Assembly (NCBI GenBank): GCA_017444125.1
Contig: JAFSXL010000012.1
Coordinates: 1-42,456 of the forward strand
Direction of reading: 5' to 3'
Origin: Rickettsiales bacterium
Lineage (GTDB): Bacteria; Pseudomonadota; Alphaproteobacteria; Rickettsiales; Deianiraeaceae
DNA: 42,456 nt
Under the pieces are notes generated by a model. It was given only the letters and a program-made list of their open reading frames with translations, searched no databases and was not told the DNA's origin. Position 1 is the first letter of the stretch. Every line of letters begins with the position of its first letter. The translations under genes and the position numbers were made by a program. This document shows positions 26,620 to 36,474 of this stretch, one piece after another.

Positions 26620-28004
26620 TAATCAAAAAGTGCACAACATTCTTGGCCGTAGCAATTGGCGTTTATGCATTCTCATTGGGCGCACGCGCAGATGTTAAGC
26701 AGACACAACCAAAACCACAAGCACCAGTAAATAAAGTTGCGGACGCCAAAATCCTCAAACTCATTGACGAATTTGATGACTATCCAATCTACGAAAGTGA
26801 ACTCAAAACAGACATGGTGCATGGATATATTGGCACAGAAAAGACAGGTGAAACAGTCAAACTTGATATTCTGTTTGAACGTCGCGAGATGTCAGACCTT
26901 ATTACTATTTCAGGGCACGGAATTGAAAACAAAGAGTTCGTTTTGACATCCATGCAGGGCGAACCGCCACGCTTTTTCATTGATGTATTTGGTGCCAAAA
27001 TCAAGAACAAAAATGTCGTGTTTGAATACAAAATTCCCAAAGGCACACGATTAAAATATGGTCGCCAGCCAAATGCAAACTACCGCATTGCGTTTGATTT
27101 GGAAACAGGTGCACATGTCAAAAATGTTGTGCGGGCAAAAGATACAATTTTGGCGCTACTCGCCTACGACAATAGACACCGTGAAATCAAGAAAATAGAG
27201 CCCAAACAAGCGGAAAATGCTACAACCTCCCACCCACATTGTGAATATGACAATGGAGACGTCACAATGATTGATAACTTTGCTGGGTTAAAAAAAGTCA
27301 GTAGCAATGCGAAATTCCAGAAAGTCCGCCTTGATAATGGCAAACAGCCAGTCATTGCCATTGATGCAGGGCATGGGGGAGTTGATTCAGGAGCCATCGG
27401 AGTGAGTAAAACCAAGGAGAAAACCATTACTTTGATATATGCAAAAGAGCTGCAATTTTTGTTGAAAAGACGTGGCTTCAAAGTTGTCATGACAAGAAAT
27501 AGGAACAAAACAATTCAACTTGGCAACCGCGTGCAGATAGGTCAAAAAGGCGGTGCGGACATCTTCATCTCATTGCACACTGACTCACATCAGAACAAAA
27601 AAATGTCGGGCACCACAATCTACCGTCTGTCTCACCTCAATGAAAAACACTCTGACTGGAAGCGCTTCTACAACAAAAACTACCTGCCAACGCACTACGA
27701 GAAATATCTCTCAAACACCTCTGTTTTGGATGTCTTACTCGGCATGACGCACAAATCGCTGCTGGAAAAGTCATCTGCATTTGTCAACAATATCCTGCTG
27801 GACTTCAAAAAGAAAGGAATATGCCGAAACTGCCGCCATGGCCAGCGCTCACTTGCAGTCTTGCGCGGGCTCAATATGATTTCAATCCTCATTGAGATTG
27901 GCTACATCACTAACCCAGATGAAGAGGAAAAAATCTTATCAGCGGACTACATAAGGAAATTCTGTACAGCACTTGCAGATGCCATTGAAAACACATTTAG
28001 ATGA
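26616..28004 (+). CDS. N-acetylmuramoyl-L-alanine amidase (AmiC-type, Amidase_3) with an N-terminal targeting domain
   Basis: 462 aa. Signal peptide (FLAVAIGVYAFSLGARA), N-terminal beta-rich AMIN-like region, catalytic block IAIDAGHGGVDSGAIG ... FISLHTDS ... IEIGYITN. Confidence 0.85.
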   Translation: MIIKKCTTFLAVAIGVYAFSLGARADVKQTQPKPQAPVNKVADAKILKLIDEFDDYPIYESELKTDMVHGYIGTEKTGETVKLDILFERREMSDLITISGHGIENKEFVLTSMQGEPPRFFIDVFGAKIKNKNVVFEYKIPKGTRLKYGRQPNANYRIAFDLETGAHVKNVVRAKDTILALLAYDNRHREIKKIEPKQAENATTSHPHCEYDNGDVTMIDNFAGLKKVSSNAKFQKVRLDNGKQPVIAIDAGHGGVDSGAIGVSKTKEKTITLIYAKELQFLLKRRGFKVVMTRNRNKTIQLGNRVQIGQKGGADIFISLHTDSHQNKKMSGTTIYRLSHLNEKHSDWKRFYNKNYLPTHYEKYLSNTSVLDVLLGMTHKSLLEKSSAFVNNILLDFKKKGICRNCRHGQRSLAVLRGLNMISILIEIGYITNPDEEEKILSADYIRKFCTALADAIENTFR

Positions 28005-28580
28005 TTAAACCTTGATGTCAACAAGGTAGAATTTTCTGATTTCATCCACCAGTGCGCGATCTTTTTTAGGGAATTGCTCCTGATAAATCCCAGCCCTAAT
28101 CTCCTTCTGGTTCTCCTTTGTGTTCTTGATATTATGCTTTTCGGCATATCTTGCAATGTCATTTTGTGTAATTGACGCATTCACCTGCATCGCAACGATG
28201 GATGACCACATGAACTCTGTGCGCATATACCATTCAAATAAGTCCTCGTCTACACCCAATCTCATTGCATTTAGATTCGGAATATTCATCTTATATTCCT
28301 CGTATTCCTTGACAATATTTTCCTCCTTGATTTCCATCTTTTTTAGGTGCTCGGACTTCAAATTTTCCTCCACAAGAGAACTCAATGCCACTGGAAAAAT
28401 CTGGTCATAATTGCAGTAGTCCATTCTCTCCATGTTGCAGATTATCTTTGAAAATTGATGCACATCGTAGTCCGTAATTGCACTCTCGTGCACAATCGCA
28501 ACAATTTTGACAGCATTAGCATCTCTTGAAATTGGCGCGCAAAACATCAATGCTGAAAGAAATGCCACTGTCTTTTTCAT
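28005..28580 (-). CDS. Periplasmic SurA-N-terminal-domain-like chaperone (no PPIase domain)
   Basis: 191 aa. Signal peptide, then VKIVAIVHESAITDYDV (SurA-like opening). Helical and short. The assignment is tentative. Confidence 0.45.
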   Translation of the reverse strand: MKKTVAFLSALMFCAPISRDANAVKIVAIVHESAITDYDVHQFSKIICNMERMDYCNYDQIFPVALSSLVEENLKSEHLKKMEIKEENIVKEYEEYKMNIPNLNAMRLGVDEDLFEWYMRTEFMWSSIVAMQVNASITQNDIARYAEKHNIKNTKENQKEIRAGIYQEQFPKKDRALVDEIRKFYLVDIKV

Positions 28581-28581
28581 A

Positions 28582-29673
28582 TTATTTCACAGATGTAAGT
28601 TTCTTGAAGATTGTGCTCATCGGCACCCCATTTACAGTTGCTTCTTCATCAAACTCATCTTTCTTTACCTTCATTGAAAGGACGTTCTTGGCTTGGTTTG
28701 ATTGCTTCTTTTTCAGCATCGGAACCACATCATTTTTCATTACGCGATACATCTTTTTCAACAAGTCAGTATTACTTTGCTCGTTCTTTGCACTCATATT
28801 AAATAAATTTTCAAGCACTTTGTTGTAGTTATCAATTTCAATTAACAAATCAGAGCTTTTCAACTGAGCGCCACGGACAAAGGAACCATTCAATTTTATG
28901 CCAGCGAAGTCATTGTTAAGGACGAATTTTTCAATTTTAGTTGTATAAATTGTCTCTGTTCTTTCTTTATTAATTCCCCATTTTTTATCCTCATAAACTT
29001 CACGTATATCAAGATCCCATTTAAATGGTCTATTCGCAATAAAAATCACCGGTGAGACATCACCGTCATTAATCATAATCATGCCGGACGAACGAAAGTA
29101 TTCTTTTTTTTCATCTTTGTTAAACCTTATATCAAATTCGTCAACTTTTACATTTCCTGTTTCAAGATAACGCTCATCTATCAAGCTTAATTGCAATGGT
29201 TCGTCTATTGCTATACCTCCAAAATCAGGTTTTTCAAAAAGATGTTTATTAAAAAATGCATTAAATTTGAGATTTTTACCAGCAATAACGTTATATCTTC
29301 TTCCGTTAATACTTTTCAGCTCAACATCATTCAATTCAGCGGAAACGACATCTGGGACAATAAAACCACTTTTTTTTGTGATATAAACGCTACCAACATG
29401 CATTTCACCATTGTTGACGGTGATTGTTATGTCTTTTACACGCAATGCCGAATGAAGGAAATTGTATTTTTTCGTGTATGTAACGCTGTAATTTGGATTA
29501 TTTTTGACGTTTGAAATTGATTTTTCAAAAATTGAACTTAACAAAAATATGTTTCCAATATGCAAACAAAGTGCTAAAAATACCGCTATAATAGCCGCTA
29601 TAACTGATGCCTGAATTGCAATTCTTCTCCTCTTTTTACGACCTAAAACTTTGCTAACAAAAGAGTTTGACAT
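28582..29673 (-). CDS. Membrane-anchored periplasmic protein, function unknown
   Basis: ATG at 29673 gives MSNSFVSKVLGRKKRRRIAIQASVIAAIIAVFLAL (N-in signal anchor), followed by about 330 aa of beta-rich sequence. 1 nt upstream of the SurA-like gene. Confidence 0.6.
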   Translation of the reverse strand: MSNSFVSKVLGRKKRRRIAIQASVIAAIIAVFLALCLHIGNIFLLSSIFEKSISNVKNNPNYSVTYTKKYNFLHSALRVKDITITVNNGEMHVGSVYITKKSGFIVPDVVSAELNDVELKSINGRRYNVIAGKNLKFNAFFNKHLFEKPDFGGIAIDEPLQLSLIDERYLETGNVKVDEFDIRFNKDEKKEYFRSSGMIMINDGDVSPVIFIANRPFKWDLDIREVYEDKKWGINKERTETIYTTKIEKFVLNNDFAGIKLNGSFVRGAQLKSSDLLIEIDNYNKVLENLFNMSAKNEQSNTDLLKKMYRVMKNDVVPMLKKKQSNQAKNVLSMKVKKDEFDEEATVNGVPMSTIFKKLTSVK

Positions 29674-29771
29674 AATAAAAAAAACTTTGCTGAAAATCAA
29701 TACAAAAATGTAATTGTCAAGTAGATATAGTGCAATACTTTATACAAAAAATTTGCAAATTATAATTTAAA

Positions 29772-30848
29772 ATGTTAAATCGTTTCATGCTTGCAGATGA
29801 GAGGTTTTATTTAAAAAAACAACATATTTTCTGGGCACTTGCAATAGCAGGTTTTTTATTTATTTTCCACCAAATCAGTGTCGCGCTTTTGCCATTTTAC
29901 ATAGCTTTTTTTGAGGTTATTTTGTTCAATGGGATTGTTAACATTTTTGAGAGAAAATTTCGCATTCCGAGAGCTATAACAGCAGGTGTAATAACAGTTG
30001 GTTTTTGCGCAATTATTATTGCAATATTTGCTGCCATAATTCCGTTCTTGTATGGAAAGGGCGTTAGTGTGATTAATTATACAACAAATGCAAGCTCTTT
30101 GGATAAGTTGCGAGTGCTTTTGAATGATAAATTTTCCTCCAATACAATAAACAATATTTTTGAGTGGGCCATTGCAAATGTATCAGACAATCTGGTTGAA
30201 TTTGCAAAGAAAAATTTAATGGAAACATTCCGTTCAACGGCGCAGTTGGCTACTATAATCGGTATGTCTGCGCTATCGCCAATTGTATCATTTATGATGT
30301 TGAAAGACATGCCAAAAATCAAAAAACATTTCTTTCAAGTTTTGCCTGTCAGAGTGCAAAAAGATGTCAAAAAGTTGTCATCAAACATGTATGAAAGTGT
30401 GTTCAAATTCATGGAAGGACAAACAATGGCGGCCATCGTTTTGTCATTGATGTATGCCGCAATGCTCTTTCCAATAGGTGTAGAGCACTTTTTTATACTT
30501 GGTGTCGTTATTGGTTTCTCATCGTTTGTGCCTTATATTGGATTTTATTCGGCCACAGCAATCACACTTTGCTCGGTTTATAGCCAAATGCATGATGTGA
30601 AAAAAGTGATAATCACGCTTGCTGTTTTACTCGGTGGACAGGTTATTGATGGTGGATTTATCACGCCAAAAATTGTAGGAAGTCGTCTCGGTGTTCATCC
30701 GTTGTGGGTAATCTTCGGGGTGCTTGTTTCAGTGCCTCTGTTTGGTATATTCGGCATTTTGCTTGCACTGCCAATGGTCGGCATTTGCAATGTTGTTGTA
30801 AAATATACAATGGAAAAATATCGCCACAGCGACTATTACGGACAATAA
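29772..30848 (+). CDS. AI-2E family transporter (PerM/YhhT-like permease)
   Basis: 358 aa, about 8 TM segments. C-terminal block FSSFVPYIGF...GGFITPKIVGSRLGVHPLWVIF typical of the family. Confidence 0.85.
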   Translation: MLNRFMLADERFYLKKQHIFWALAIAGFLFIFHQISVALLPFYIAFFEVILFNGIVNIFERKFRIPRAITAGVITVGFCAIIIAIFAAIIPFLYGKGVSVINYTTNASSLDKLRVLLNDKFSSNTINNIFEWAIANVSDNLVEFAKKNLMETFRSTAQLATIIGMSALSPIVSFMMLKDMPKIKKHFFQVLPVRVQKDVKKLSSNMYESVFKFMEGQTMAAIVLSLMYAAMLFPIGVEHFFILGVVIGFSSFVPYIGFYSATAITLCSVYSQMHDVKKVIITLAVLLGGQVIDGGFITPKIVGSRLGVHPLWVIFGVLVSVPLFGIFGILLALPMVGICNVVVKYTMEKYRHSDYYGQ

Positions 30849-31118
30849 TTATCTGCCGTAGACATATGTGCATTTACTGAATGTACCGTCTTCCGTTGTC
30901 TTGTAGAGCACAAATCTGATATTTCCATTTTTCTTGGCTTGCGCTTCACTATTGTTTCCAATAAAACCAAGATATTTACATGCTTTGCCTTCTTTCATGC
31001 CAGTCAAATTGAGTGCCGTATTTTTAACTTCTGATTTTACATATTGTTTTTTTATACTTTCGCATCCTGTTATAGCTACTACAATAAACAAAACTAAAAC
31101 AATTTTTGCAAATTTCAT
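30849..31118 (-). CDS. Small lipoprotein, TRL-like family
   Basis: 89 aa. Lipobox VAITG-C. GKACKYLGFIGNNSEAQAKKNGNI...YVYG resembles the TRL-like family pattern. Confidence 0.55.
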   Translation of the reverse strand: MKFAKIVLVLFIVVAITGCESIKKQYVKSEVKNTALNLTGMKEGKACKYLGFIGNNSEAQAKKNGNIRFVLYKTTEDGTFSKCTYVYGR

Positions 31119-31163
31119 GCTTATTTATTGCAACAAAAAATTTATTTTCAATAAACATTTCTT

Positions 31164-31220
31164 GTTGCACTGCCAGATTCCAAGTTATCGTAGTTTGTAT
31201 TTCGCTCCGCGTTCCGCAAC
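31164..31220 (-). repeat. GC-rich palindromic element, short copy (R9)
   Basis: GTTGCactgccagattccaagttatcgtaGTTTGTATTTCgctccgcgttccGCAAC; resembles the reverse complement of R1. Confidence 0.7.
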
Positions 31221-31284
31221 AACAAAGCTATACCAAATTTTTATTTACTTTCAATTTTTTTATAATAAAATCTAGTTAGTTTTA

Positions 31285-31689
31285 ATGATCATTTATATGA
31301 AAAGTGAAAAAAATCAAGAAGTGTTGCCTCATAATCAACATCTAATCAATATTTCATACAGACTAACTGAACTAAATAATGTGTGTCGTTCTTTTAAAAA
31401 CAAAAAAACACTTTCTGGTGAAAAGATATTTCTTGTTAAACAAGCAATCGCCGACATTAGCAAAGACAAAGAACAACTTCAAGCATCGTTAAAGACACTA
31501 TTAATAAACAATGGTATAACGAAACCAAAAACACTAAATAACCAACAAATTTCTGATAATTTTCTTAAAGATTTGCAAATTTTATACAAAAACTATGTTA
31601 GTTTGGAAACAAAAAAAGTAAACAATAAATATAGTGAATCAAAAAAACATCGTGAAAATGGAGAAGGGGGTTGTTGTTCAATTTTCTAA
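31285..31689 (+). CDS. Orphan 134-aa protein ending in a eukaryote-type CaaX box (…GGCCSIF)
   Basis: No signal peptide, helical and Lys-rich. The last codons are tgt tgt tca att ttc taa (31672-31689). Confidence 0.55.
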   Translation: MIIYMKSEKNQEVLPHNQHLINISYRLTELNNVCRSFKNKKTLSGEKIFLVKQAIADISKDKEQLQASLKTLLINNGITKPKTLNNQQISDNFLKDLQILYKNYVSLETKKVNNKYSESKKHRENGEGGCCSIF

Positions 31690-31690
31690 C

Positions 31691-33367
31691 CTACATTCTC
31701 ACCACAACTTGTACTCTAAACGCATCAAGCCCGCATTGTATGAGCAATTGAATGCTCTTAACAATCGCGAGTTTGTAGGCAGAAACAGCTTTGTCATCAC
31801 TGATAAACTTCTCCTTTTCGTATAGCGTGTGGAATTCCGTTGCCAACTGGATGAGATAATTTGCAAAGAAAAACGGTTCGTAATTTTTGACTGCAAGCTC
31901 TAAAAAGCGGGTGTAGAATGACATTTTTATCATCATTTTGTGAAAGTTTTGAGACAGTTCAATTCCGTCCGCAGCCAGATTTTCTGCTGGTAAAATACCC
32001 TGTTCTGCTGCTTTTTTGAGAACAGAATTGCAGCGCGCATTTGCATATTGGATATACCAAATTGGGTTATCCTTGGACTGTTCCTTTGCTTTTTGGAGGT
32101 CAAAATTTAGCACCGTGTCGGCCTTGCGAGTGAGGATAATAAACCGCAAAATATCAACGTCAATCTCGTCAATCACATCGTCAATAGTGAGAAAATTGTT
32201 CTTGCGCTTTGACATCTTCACCATCTCACCATTTTTCATGAAGTTCACAAGCTCGCACAACTTGATATGCACTTCGCCTTGATTGTTGCTGATGGCTTTA
32301 ACAGCAGATGTAAGCCGTTTGACATAGCCCTTGTGGTCTGCGCCGAGCACCACAACCATGTTGTTAAAACCACGTTTCCATTTGTCGTAGTGATATGCAA
32401 TGTCGCTTGCAAAGTAGGTATGCGATCCATCGCTCTTGGCAAGTGGTCTGTCTGTATCGTCGCCAAACTGACTTGACTTAAAAAGCAACTGCTCGCGTGG
32501 CTCGTAATCCTCAACTGGTTTGCCCTTTGGTGGCTCCAAAATGCCCTGATAAATTAGGCCCAAATCAGTCAAGTGGCGGATGCTTTTTTCAATCGTGTCC
32601 TCATCTTTCAAATGCTGTTCCGAGGACCATTGGTTATAATTCACCTTTAATTTTTTGAGCGTTGGCTTGATAAAATTGTCAATTATCTCGCCAGCCGTTT
32701 CAATTTTGCTCCACTGTTTAGTAGGGTTCTTGGCCAATTCCTTCTTGCGTTTGTCAGCAATTTCCTGCAAATATTCACCCGGGTAGCAACCATCTGGCAA
32801 TTCACCTTGTGCACCATTAATACGCCACTGGATACTTTTTTCAAGCTTATCCATCTGTCCGCCAGCATCATTGATGTAATACTCACGGCAAACATCATAA
32901 CCGCTTTTTGATAACAAACTTGCAAGCGTATCACCGAAAATAGTGCCACGCGCATGTCCTATATGCAACGGCCCAGTTGGATTTGCAGAACAAAACTCAA
33001 CATTGGCTTTCTCTCCGTTGCCAAGGTTTTTTACCAAATTTTTGTCGCCATTTTGGCAAATATCCTCAACCATTGCAAACAAAATGTTGTCCTTCAATTT
33101 GATGTTAATGAACGCTGGTTTGACTACTTCACAAGCTGATACGTAATCAATTTTTTGGATCTCCGCAACCATCTCATTGGCAATCTCCATTGGATTTTTT
33201 TTGGCTGCTTTTGATAAAATCAGAGCAATATTTGTAGAGATATCAACATCGTTTTCAAGCTTCTCTGGCGGCAATTCCAGTATCAACTTATCCAGCAAAG
33301 CGCGGTCAATATCTTTGTAAAGTGACAGAATGATTTTTTTGATGTCGTTTTCAAGCTGTTGAAGCAT
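31691..33367 (-). CDS. argS: Arginine--tRNA ligase
   Basis: 558 aa. Class I HIGH motif (ANPTGPLHIGHARG) and an ArgRS-type anticodon-binding C-terminus ending in M. Confidence 0.95.
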   Translation of the reverse strand: MLQQLENDIKKIILSLYKDIDRALLDKLILELPPEKLENDVDISTNIALILSKAAKKNPMEIANEMVAEIQKIDYVSACEVVKPAFINIKLKDNILFAMVEDICQNGDKNLVKNLGNGEKANVEFCSANPTGPLHIGHARGTIFGDTLASLLSKSGYDVCREYYINDAGGQMDKLEKSIQWRINGAQGELPDGCYPGEYLQEIADKRKKELAKNPTKQWSKIETAGEIIDNFIKPTLKKLKVNYNQWSSEQHLKDEDTIEKSIRHLTDLGLIYQGILEPPKGKPVEDYEPREQLLFKSSQFGDDTDRPLAKSDGSHTYFASDIAYHYDKWKRGFNNMVVVLGADHKGYVKRLTSAVKAISNNQGEVHIKLCELVNFMKNGEMVKMSKRKNNFLTIDDVIDEIDVDILRFIILTRKADTVLNFDLQKAKEQSKDNPIWYIQYANARCNSVLKKAAEQGILPAENLAADGIELSQNFHKMMIKMSFYTRFLELAVKNYEPFFFANYLIQLATEFHTLYEKEKFISDDKAVSAYKLAIVKSIQLLIQCGLDAFRVQVVVRM

Positions 33368-33371
33368 AGTT

Positions 33372-34622
33372 CTACATCACAAACATCAATGCTGGATTTT
33401 CAAGAAACTTTTTGACATCACTTGCAAACGGCGCCAGCACGCTTCCATCAATGACGCGGTGGTCTGCCGAGAAAGTTATATTGCAAACAGGACAAACCGT
33501 GGCCTCTCCGTTGACTGCCACAACCGCATCTTCAATAGCTCCAACAGCAGCAATGCAACTCTGTGGTGGGTTGATAATTGACTGGAATTCGCTCACGCCG
33601 AACATGCCAAGATTTGATACTGAAATTGACCCGCCTGTATATTCATCTGGTGTCAACTTGCCGTCTCTGGCTTTGGCGGCCAACTGCTTGATTTCTTTGG
33701 AGATTTCCAACAGTCCTTTCTGGTCAGCGTTTTTCACAATTGGTGTAATCAAACCACCATCAATACTGACTGCAACCGACACATCAACGTTATTGTATTG
33801 TCTTATTTTGCCATCAATCCAGCTTGCGTTGATGCTTGGATTGCGCTTCAAGGCCTTTGCAATGGCCAAAACAATTATGTCGTTAGCAGAAATTTTATAC
33901 TCTGGCTTGCCGTCCACAACCTTTGCCATTTTGTTGAGTTCTGTGCGGAAGGCCACAAAATTAGCCATGTTGGCCGTGATTTTCAAATACCAATGAGGTA
34001 TGTCCTGCTTGCTTTGTATGAGCCGCTTTGCAATGGTTGAACGCATGCCGGTTGGCGCAATTTCAGTAAACTCAACTGGATTTCTAAACACGCCGCCTGC
34101 GCGCGGAGTTGCCAAAAACCGCTCCACATCTGCCTTGATAATTCTGCCGTTTGGACCACTTCCAATGCCTACCGAAGCGATGTTGATATTATTCATTGCG
34201 GCCACTTTCTTCGCCAATGGACTTGCAAAAATACGCGCACTACTTGTTGTCACAGGCACCCTACTCTCTTCCTTGATTTCAACTTTTTTATCCTCAACTT
34301 TTTCTTCTCTTTGTTCTGTTTTAGCATCTGTTTTAGGTTCCTCATCGGCAATTTTATAGTCCTTTATCGCATCAACAGTTTCACCTTTTTCTAATATCAA
34401 CGCGATGGTTTTATCGACCGCGACTACATTGTCGGCTGCAACTAAAATCTTCCCTAAAACCCCCTTGTTTTGCGCCTCAACCTCCATGACTGCCTTGTCG
34501 GTTTCAACCTCCAATAGAACATCACCAACATCAATTTTGTCGCCTTCTTTCTTGTTCCAAGACACTATTTTGCCCTCTTCCATAGTGGGAGAAAGCGCCG
34601 GCATTTTGACTTCTGCAACCAT
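33372..34622 (-). CDS. pdhC: Pyruvate dehydrogenase complex E2, dihydrolipoyllysine acetyltransferase
   Basis: 416 aa. Lipoyl domain [24 protein letters not shown]...[13 protein letters not shown]3-binding domain (ASPLAKKVA), catalytic DHRVIDG. Confidence 0.9.
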   Translation of the reverse strand: MVAEVKMPALSPTMEEGKIVSWNKKEGDKIDVGDVLLEVETDKAVMEVEAQNKGVLGKILVAADNVVAVDKTIALILEKGETVDAIKDYKIADEEPKTDAKTEQREEKVEDKKVEIKEESRVPVTTSSARIFASPLAKKVAAMNNINIASVGIGSGPNGRIIKADVERFLATPRAGGVFRNPVEFTEIAPTGMRSTIAKRLIQSKQDIPHWYLKITANMANFVAFRTELNKMAKVVDGKPEYKISANDIIVLAIAKALKRNPSINASWIDGKIRQYNNVDVSVAVSIDGGLITPIVKNADQKGLLEISKEIKQLAAKARDGKLTPDEYTGGSISVSNLGMFGVSEFQSIINPPQSCIAAVGAIEDAVVAVNGEATVCPVCNITFSADHRVIDGSVLAPFASDVKKFLENPALMFVM

Positions 34623-34669
34623 CAGTAGAAGAGTTGTGGCAATTTTATTATTGTCAAGAGAACAGCAAA

Positions 34670-35848
34670 TTACTCACCTTCATACCCCAAACTCTCCCTC
34701 TTCTCGTTCTCACTGACAAAATCGCTCTTGTTGACTGTCTCCCAGATTTTCTGCCGCTTCTCACTTATAGCAGAAATCGTATCCAAATCAGGTTCAATAA
34801 TCAGGTTGCGTTTATAGCTCTTTGACAGCCACTCGGACAGCTCACCTAAAATCATCTTGCATATTGGTAGCACTGTCTCCTCCCAGAAAGACAATCTGGC
34901 CTCGGACATGTTGTTGTAAGTCGCATCGCCCTTGATACCAAGCATCTGTGAAGGCACACCAAACGCAATCGCAATATCGCGCGCAGAGCTGTTTTTAGTC
35001 TCAATAAAGTCCATGTCGCGCGGATTAATACTCATCTCCTTCCACTCAATTCCACCTTCAAGAATGAGATATTTCCCAGAGTTATCTCCGCCCTTGATTT
35101 TGTCGTCCATCTCACTTTTCAAGCGCTCATATGTCTCATCTGACATTGTCTGTTTCACAACCAGTGCGCCGCAAGGACGAGCACCATTTTCCAGCAGCGA
35201 CTTATTCCACTTGATGCACTCATTGTGCTGATCTATTGAATACTGCGCGGCCTCCATTGGAGACAGTCCATACCAGTCATCCAGCGGGTGATAGTTTTTG
35301 ATGTGTAAAATATCACACTCACCATCATTGTCGTTGCATGGGAAGTAGAACGTCATGTTGTTGATTTTGTATCTAAATCCCTTTGGAATGTTGCAATGTC
35401 CGGGTAAAATTGTCATCCTGTCCGAGCGCAGTAAATACATTTCCTCCACCTCATTTTTGTCGTTGCGAATAGCTTGGATGTAGACATTTCCAGAGATGAG
35501 ATATGAACTCACAGCTGCCTCCATGAATTTGATGTAGCTTGATGTTGGATTTGGCTTCCGCAACAGAGATATAACCGCATCATTGTCATCAAGTTCCTTC
35601 TTTTTTGTGCCTTCCAACTCATAATAACAAAGTCCAATGCTTGCAACAGAGCGCGCAATCAGTGAAATTGCCCTGTGTGCCACAACATTATTGATATATC
35701 CTTCGGCCGCGAATGTTTCATAATCACGGTTGCTCCAACGCGGATTGTTGCCAGTTTGTAAGTAATACGTTCTGTCAAAATAGCGATTTCCGCCCGCAAC
35801 CTTTGTCCTCTTCAAAATTGATTTTTTACTGCCAAACAATGCAACCAT
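34670..35848 (-). CDS. HK97-family phage portal protein (RcGTA g3-like), isolated
   Basis: 392 aa. [37 protein letters not shown] and FGVPSQMLG blocks typical of the Phage_portal (HK97) family. Confidence 0.85.
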   Translation of the reverse strand: MVALFGSKKSILKRTKVAGGNRYFDRTYYLQTGNNPRWSNRDYETFAAEGYINNVVAHRAISLIARSVASIGLCYYELEGTKKKELDDNDAVISLLRKPNPTSSYIKFMEAAVSSYLISGNVYIQAIRNDKNEVEEMYLLRSDRMTILPGHCNIPKGFRYKINNMTFYFPCNDNDGECDILHIKNYHPLDDWYGLSPMEAAQYSIDQHNECIKWNKSLLENGARPCGALVVKQTMSDETYERLKSEMDDKIKGGDNSGKYLILEGGIEWKEMSINPRDMDFIETKNSSARDIAIAFGVPSQMLGIKGDATYNNMSEARLSFWEETVLPICKMILGELSEWLSKSYKRNLIIEPDLDTISAISEKRQKIWETVNKSDFVSENEKRESLGYEGE

Positions 35849-35916
35849 AAGAAAAAAATAAAAACAGGTTGTTGTATGTCATATTTTTATCTGTGGAAGT
35901 GATTTTTTAATTTTTT

Positions 35917-36010
35917 GTTGCGCTGCCCGAGGCCACGCCCTCGCCGTTTGCACTCTCCTCGCTCCGCTACGCTCCACTTCGTCCAGCAAATGCGCTCCGC
36001 GCCGCGCAAC
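35917..36010 (-). repeat. GC-rich palindromic intergenic element, long divergent copy (R10)
   Basis: GTTGCGCtGCCCGAGGCCACGCCCTCGCcGTTTGcactctcctcgctccgctacgctccacttcgtccagcaaatgcgctccgcgccGCGCAAC. Confidence 0.8.
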
Positions 36011-36086
36011 ATTATAATAATCATTAATTATTAATTGCTTTTTTATACATTTTTGATAAACTTTATTTGTTTTAATATTTTTTTAT

Positions 36087-36473
36087 ATGAAGATTGAAGA
36101 AAAAATGAAGAAAACAGACGTAGATCAAGTCATAAAGAGATTGCCATCTGTTTCAATACTGGACGATGATTATAAAACAAATTATGAAGAAATTGCTACA
36201 TTTCAAAAGTTTTTTGATCACCAAGACAAAACATTTTATAATAATAACTTTAAGATTGACATTGCAAGTGATTACCCGAAATGGCTTGATAAACAATATA
36301 AATGCGCGCTTTCAAGACCTTTGACAAGAAGTGAATATACTGATTACATTCAATCACTCCACGACATATTCGTGGACAATTATGTCCAACCACTATGGGA
36401 AAACATGCTTCATCACAACTTGAAGAAAGTAAATGAACTGAAAAAACAAATGCATGAATTTTTACACAAATAA
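36087..36473 (+). CDS. Hypothetical protein (128 aa)
   Basis: Clean ATG ORF in an otherwise empty divergent interval. No recognisable motif. Confidence 0.45.
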   Translation: MKIEEKMKKTDVDQVIKRLPSVSILDDDYKTNYEEIATFQKFFDHQDKTFYNNNFKIDIASDYPKWLDKQYKCALSRPLTRSEYTDYIQSLHDIFVDNYVQPLWENMLHHNLKKVNELKKQMHEFLHK

Positions 36474-36474
36474 C

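Noticed and set aside
33412-34359. Plus-strand ORFs of 194 aa, 119 aa and others inside 33372-34622.
   Set aside because: They are antisense shadows of the well-supported pdhC (E2) gene. Their composition is low-complexity Ser/Thr/Leu/Ala and they contain no motifs.
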